Assembly (NCBI RefSeq): GCF_020745735.1
Contig: NC_083431.1
Coordinates: forward strand, 8,336,496 to 8,400,495
DNA: 64,000 nt
Direction of reading: 5' to 3'
Source of the DNA: Hemiscyllium ocellatum
Taxonomy: Eukaryota
Within the stretch, counting starts at the first letter, position 1. The number at the start of each line of letters is the position of its first letter. The notes under the pieces were generated by a model. That model was not told the DNA's origin. It saw only the letters and a program-made list of their open reading frames with translations, and made no database searches. A program made the position numbers and the translations under genes. Shown here one piece after another: positions 61,611-64,000 of the stretch.

Positions 61611-62729
61611 TATAGGGCAAAAGTGAGGACTGCAGATGCTGGAAATCGGAGTTTAAGTTAGAGTGGTGCTGGAAAAGCACAGCAGGTCAGGCCGCATTCG
61701 AGGAACAGGAAAATCAACTTTGGACAAACTCCCTTCATCAGGAATGAAGGCAGGGAGCTCTGGGTTGAGAGATAAGTGGGAGGGGGATGGGGCTGGGGAG
61801 AAGGTAGCCTAGGCAGGTAGGACAGGTTCATGAGGATGGTGCTGAGCTGGAAGGTTGGGACTGGGGTAAGGTGGGGGCACGTCTGTTGACATTTCCACTA
61901 CCTCCAAATGGACCCCACCAGGGATATATTTCCCTCCTCACCCCTTTCCGCTTTCTGCAAAGACCGTTCCCGCTGACTACCTGGTCAGGTCCATGCCCCC
62001 CAACAAACCATCTTCCCCTTCCACCGCAAGAATTGCAAAACCTATGCCCACACCTCTCTCCTTACCTCCATCCAAGGCCACAACGAAGCCTTCCACATCC
62101 ATCAAAGTTTCACCTGCACATCCACCAATGTCATTTATTGTATCCATTGCTCCCGATGCAGTCTCCTCTACATTGGGGAGACCGGACGCCGCCTTGCAGA
62201 GCGCTTTAGGGAACATCTCTGGGACACCTGCATCAATCAACCCCACTGCCCCATAGCCCAACATTTCAACTCCCCCTCCCACTCTGCCAAGGACATGCAG
62301 GTCCTGGGCTGCCTCCACTGTCACTCCCTCACCTTGGGGGAAGAACGCCTCATCTTCTGCCACGGAACACTTCAACCCCAGGGCATCAATGTGGACTTCA
62401 CAAGTTTCCTCATTTCCCCTCCTGCCACCTTACCCCTGTCCCAACCTTTCAGCTCAGCACCGTCCTCATGACCTGTCCTACTTGCCAATCTTCCTTCCTG
62501 CCTATCAGCTCCATCCTCCTCTCTGACCTATCACCATCATCCCCACCCCCATCCACCTATTGTGCTCTTTACTACCTTCTCCCCAGCCCCACCCCCCTCC
62601 CATTTATCTCTCCATCCCGGAGGCTCCCTGCCTTCATTCTTAATGAAGGGCTTTTGCCCCAAACATCGATTTCCCGCTCCTTGGATGCTGCGTGACCTGC
62701 TGTGCTTTTCCAGCACCACTCTAATCTAG
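61611..62729 (+). mobile_element. Truncated Penelope-like element (Neptune-like) with GIY-YIG endonuclease and inverted 5' terminal repeat
   Basis: Frame through 62100 reads NCKTYAHT...FTCTSTNVIYCIHCSRCSLLYIGETGRRLAERFREHL...PIAQHFN...EERLIFCHGTLQPQGINVDF. 61615-61875 is an inverted copy of the 3' end. TSD ACCAATGTTG (61601-61610) / ACCAACGTTG (62730-62739). Confidence 0.9.
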
Positions 62730-62944
62730 ACCAACGTTGGCCATTTCAGGCTTTAACTGATCAATTCCTGTGTACTTCACAAAAAAAAGCTTGGGCAAAA
62801 TACACCAGTAAGCTGTCTAGCTGTTCATTTTGTTCTGTTTGGGTGGATTTATTGTATTTCTTCTGTCATTTTCATGATATTATTTGGCTTTTAAAACCAG
62901 TTGAAGTGCGTTTTATACTCTGAGTATTGCTTTTGTTTTTGTCG

Positions 62945-63245
62945 GCCTTGCATCTGAATCAGAAAATTGTGGTGAAAGCCCCATTTTACAGAGTTGAGTA
63001 TATAATCAAGACTTATCCAGAAGAGAGCTGCTAGAAGTATCAGAAGTGTTGTCATTCACATGAAATGTTAAACCATGACCCCTATTGTGTGGAGATTTAA
63101 AAAATCCCATAGCACCAGTTTGATGAAAAAAGGGAAGCCCTCTGATGTCTTGGCCAGTATGCATTCCTTCAGTCAACATCAAAATCTGTATTTGGTCAGT
63201 TATTTCATTGTTCTTTGAGGCCTGGCTGTGTGCAAATTGAATTCA
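62945..63245 (+). mobile_element. SacSINE1/Deu-type SINE remnant
   Basis: CCTTGCATCTGAATCAGAA head, ATGAAATGTTAAACC, ATCCCATAGCAC and GCTGTGTGCAAATTG motifs. Confidence 0.6.
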
Positions 63246-64000
63246 AATTGACATTATAACAGGGCTACACTTTAAAAGTGGTTCCAAAGCAATGACAATT
63301 CTTTCATCCAAAGACCATGTACAATTTCTTTTATAGATTATTTTAATGAACCAGTTCAGAAATCTTATGACCCCTCTCTGGAACAGGTGGAACTTGAGCT
63401 CCTGCCTTCTGTCCCAGAGGTAGGGCACTGCCATGATGTTTTCTATTGATTGATTGATGATATCATTATAGCAAATGGTAACCAAAACACACACAAAAAA
63501 TGCTTCATTGGCTGATGTTTGTATCCACATATTTCTCACTGCAATATTTTCCTAATTATCAACAGTTGACTTGTTTAATGTTGATTTTAGAAAGCTGTTA
63601 ATAACCTTGACTATAATTTGACAAATATTAACTGTTAAATTTTCTGGCTCCCATTATCCCTTTTCAATGATTTCTAATTAAGATTGGAGCTTGAATTGAA
63701 AAGCAGTAGTAACAAGTTAGTATTTTTATTGGAGAGTGAGGTTGGGAGTAGTTTTGTGTTAAACTTTACAAGCCCAGCATGTTCATGGTGATTTTATTAG
63801 GAGAGGCCTATACATTCATTTGGAATTCATTTGTATAGGAGGGAGGAATAATAGATGCAGAATTTCAGGGGTTTAAGTCAAAGTGCAAATAACCCATTTG
63901 AACAGTATTACAACTGTTTACCAATTCAAGCACCTTAATGTTCAGAATAGTAGCAAAGGAGTCCACCAATTCGGAATGTTTTAAAATCAATGGCTTTTGA

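Noticed and set aside
63585-63640. F*KAVNNLDYNL, superficially like SKA2 exon 2 (FQKAESDLDYI)
   Set aside because: In-frame stops, no acceptor in the right position, and no similarity beyond five residues. Likely chance.

Overview
Eukaryotic genomic DNA from a vertebrate. The repeat content (HE1-type V-SINEs, SacSINE1/Deu-type SINEs, CR1 LINEs, Penelope-like elements) points to an elasmobranch (shark). The window covers the conserved SMG8-PRR11-SKA2 block. SMG8 (minus strand) has coding exons 1-3 here; its last exon lies left of the window. PRR11 (minus strand) is complete: a putative non-coding exon 1 plus 10 coding exons, 398 aa. A CpG-rich bidirectional promoter with nine same-strand CCAAT boxes separates PRR11 from SKA2 exon 1 (plus strand). 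SKA2 intron 1 carries miR-130c-type and miR-301 hairpins. A near full-length, frameshifted CR1 LINE sits in SMG8 intron 1. Most notable observations: (1) PRR11 has a tandemly duplicated 99-nt exon encoding a WH2-like 'KDLxxVKLRKT' motif, and both copies look selected. (2) Many short palindromic Penelope-derived inserts from several families carry minimal hammerhead-ribozyme cores, several with target-site duplications; one intact core is sense in the SMG8 pre-mRNA. (3) miR-130/301 seed sites lie downstream of PRR11 and a candidate poison exon lies in the miRNA host intron, hinting at regulation within the locus. Orthologue comparisons use sequences recalled from memory; no searches were run.
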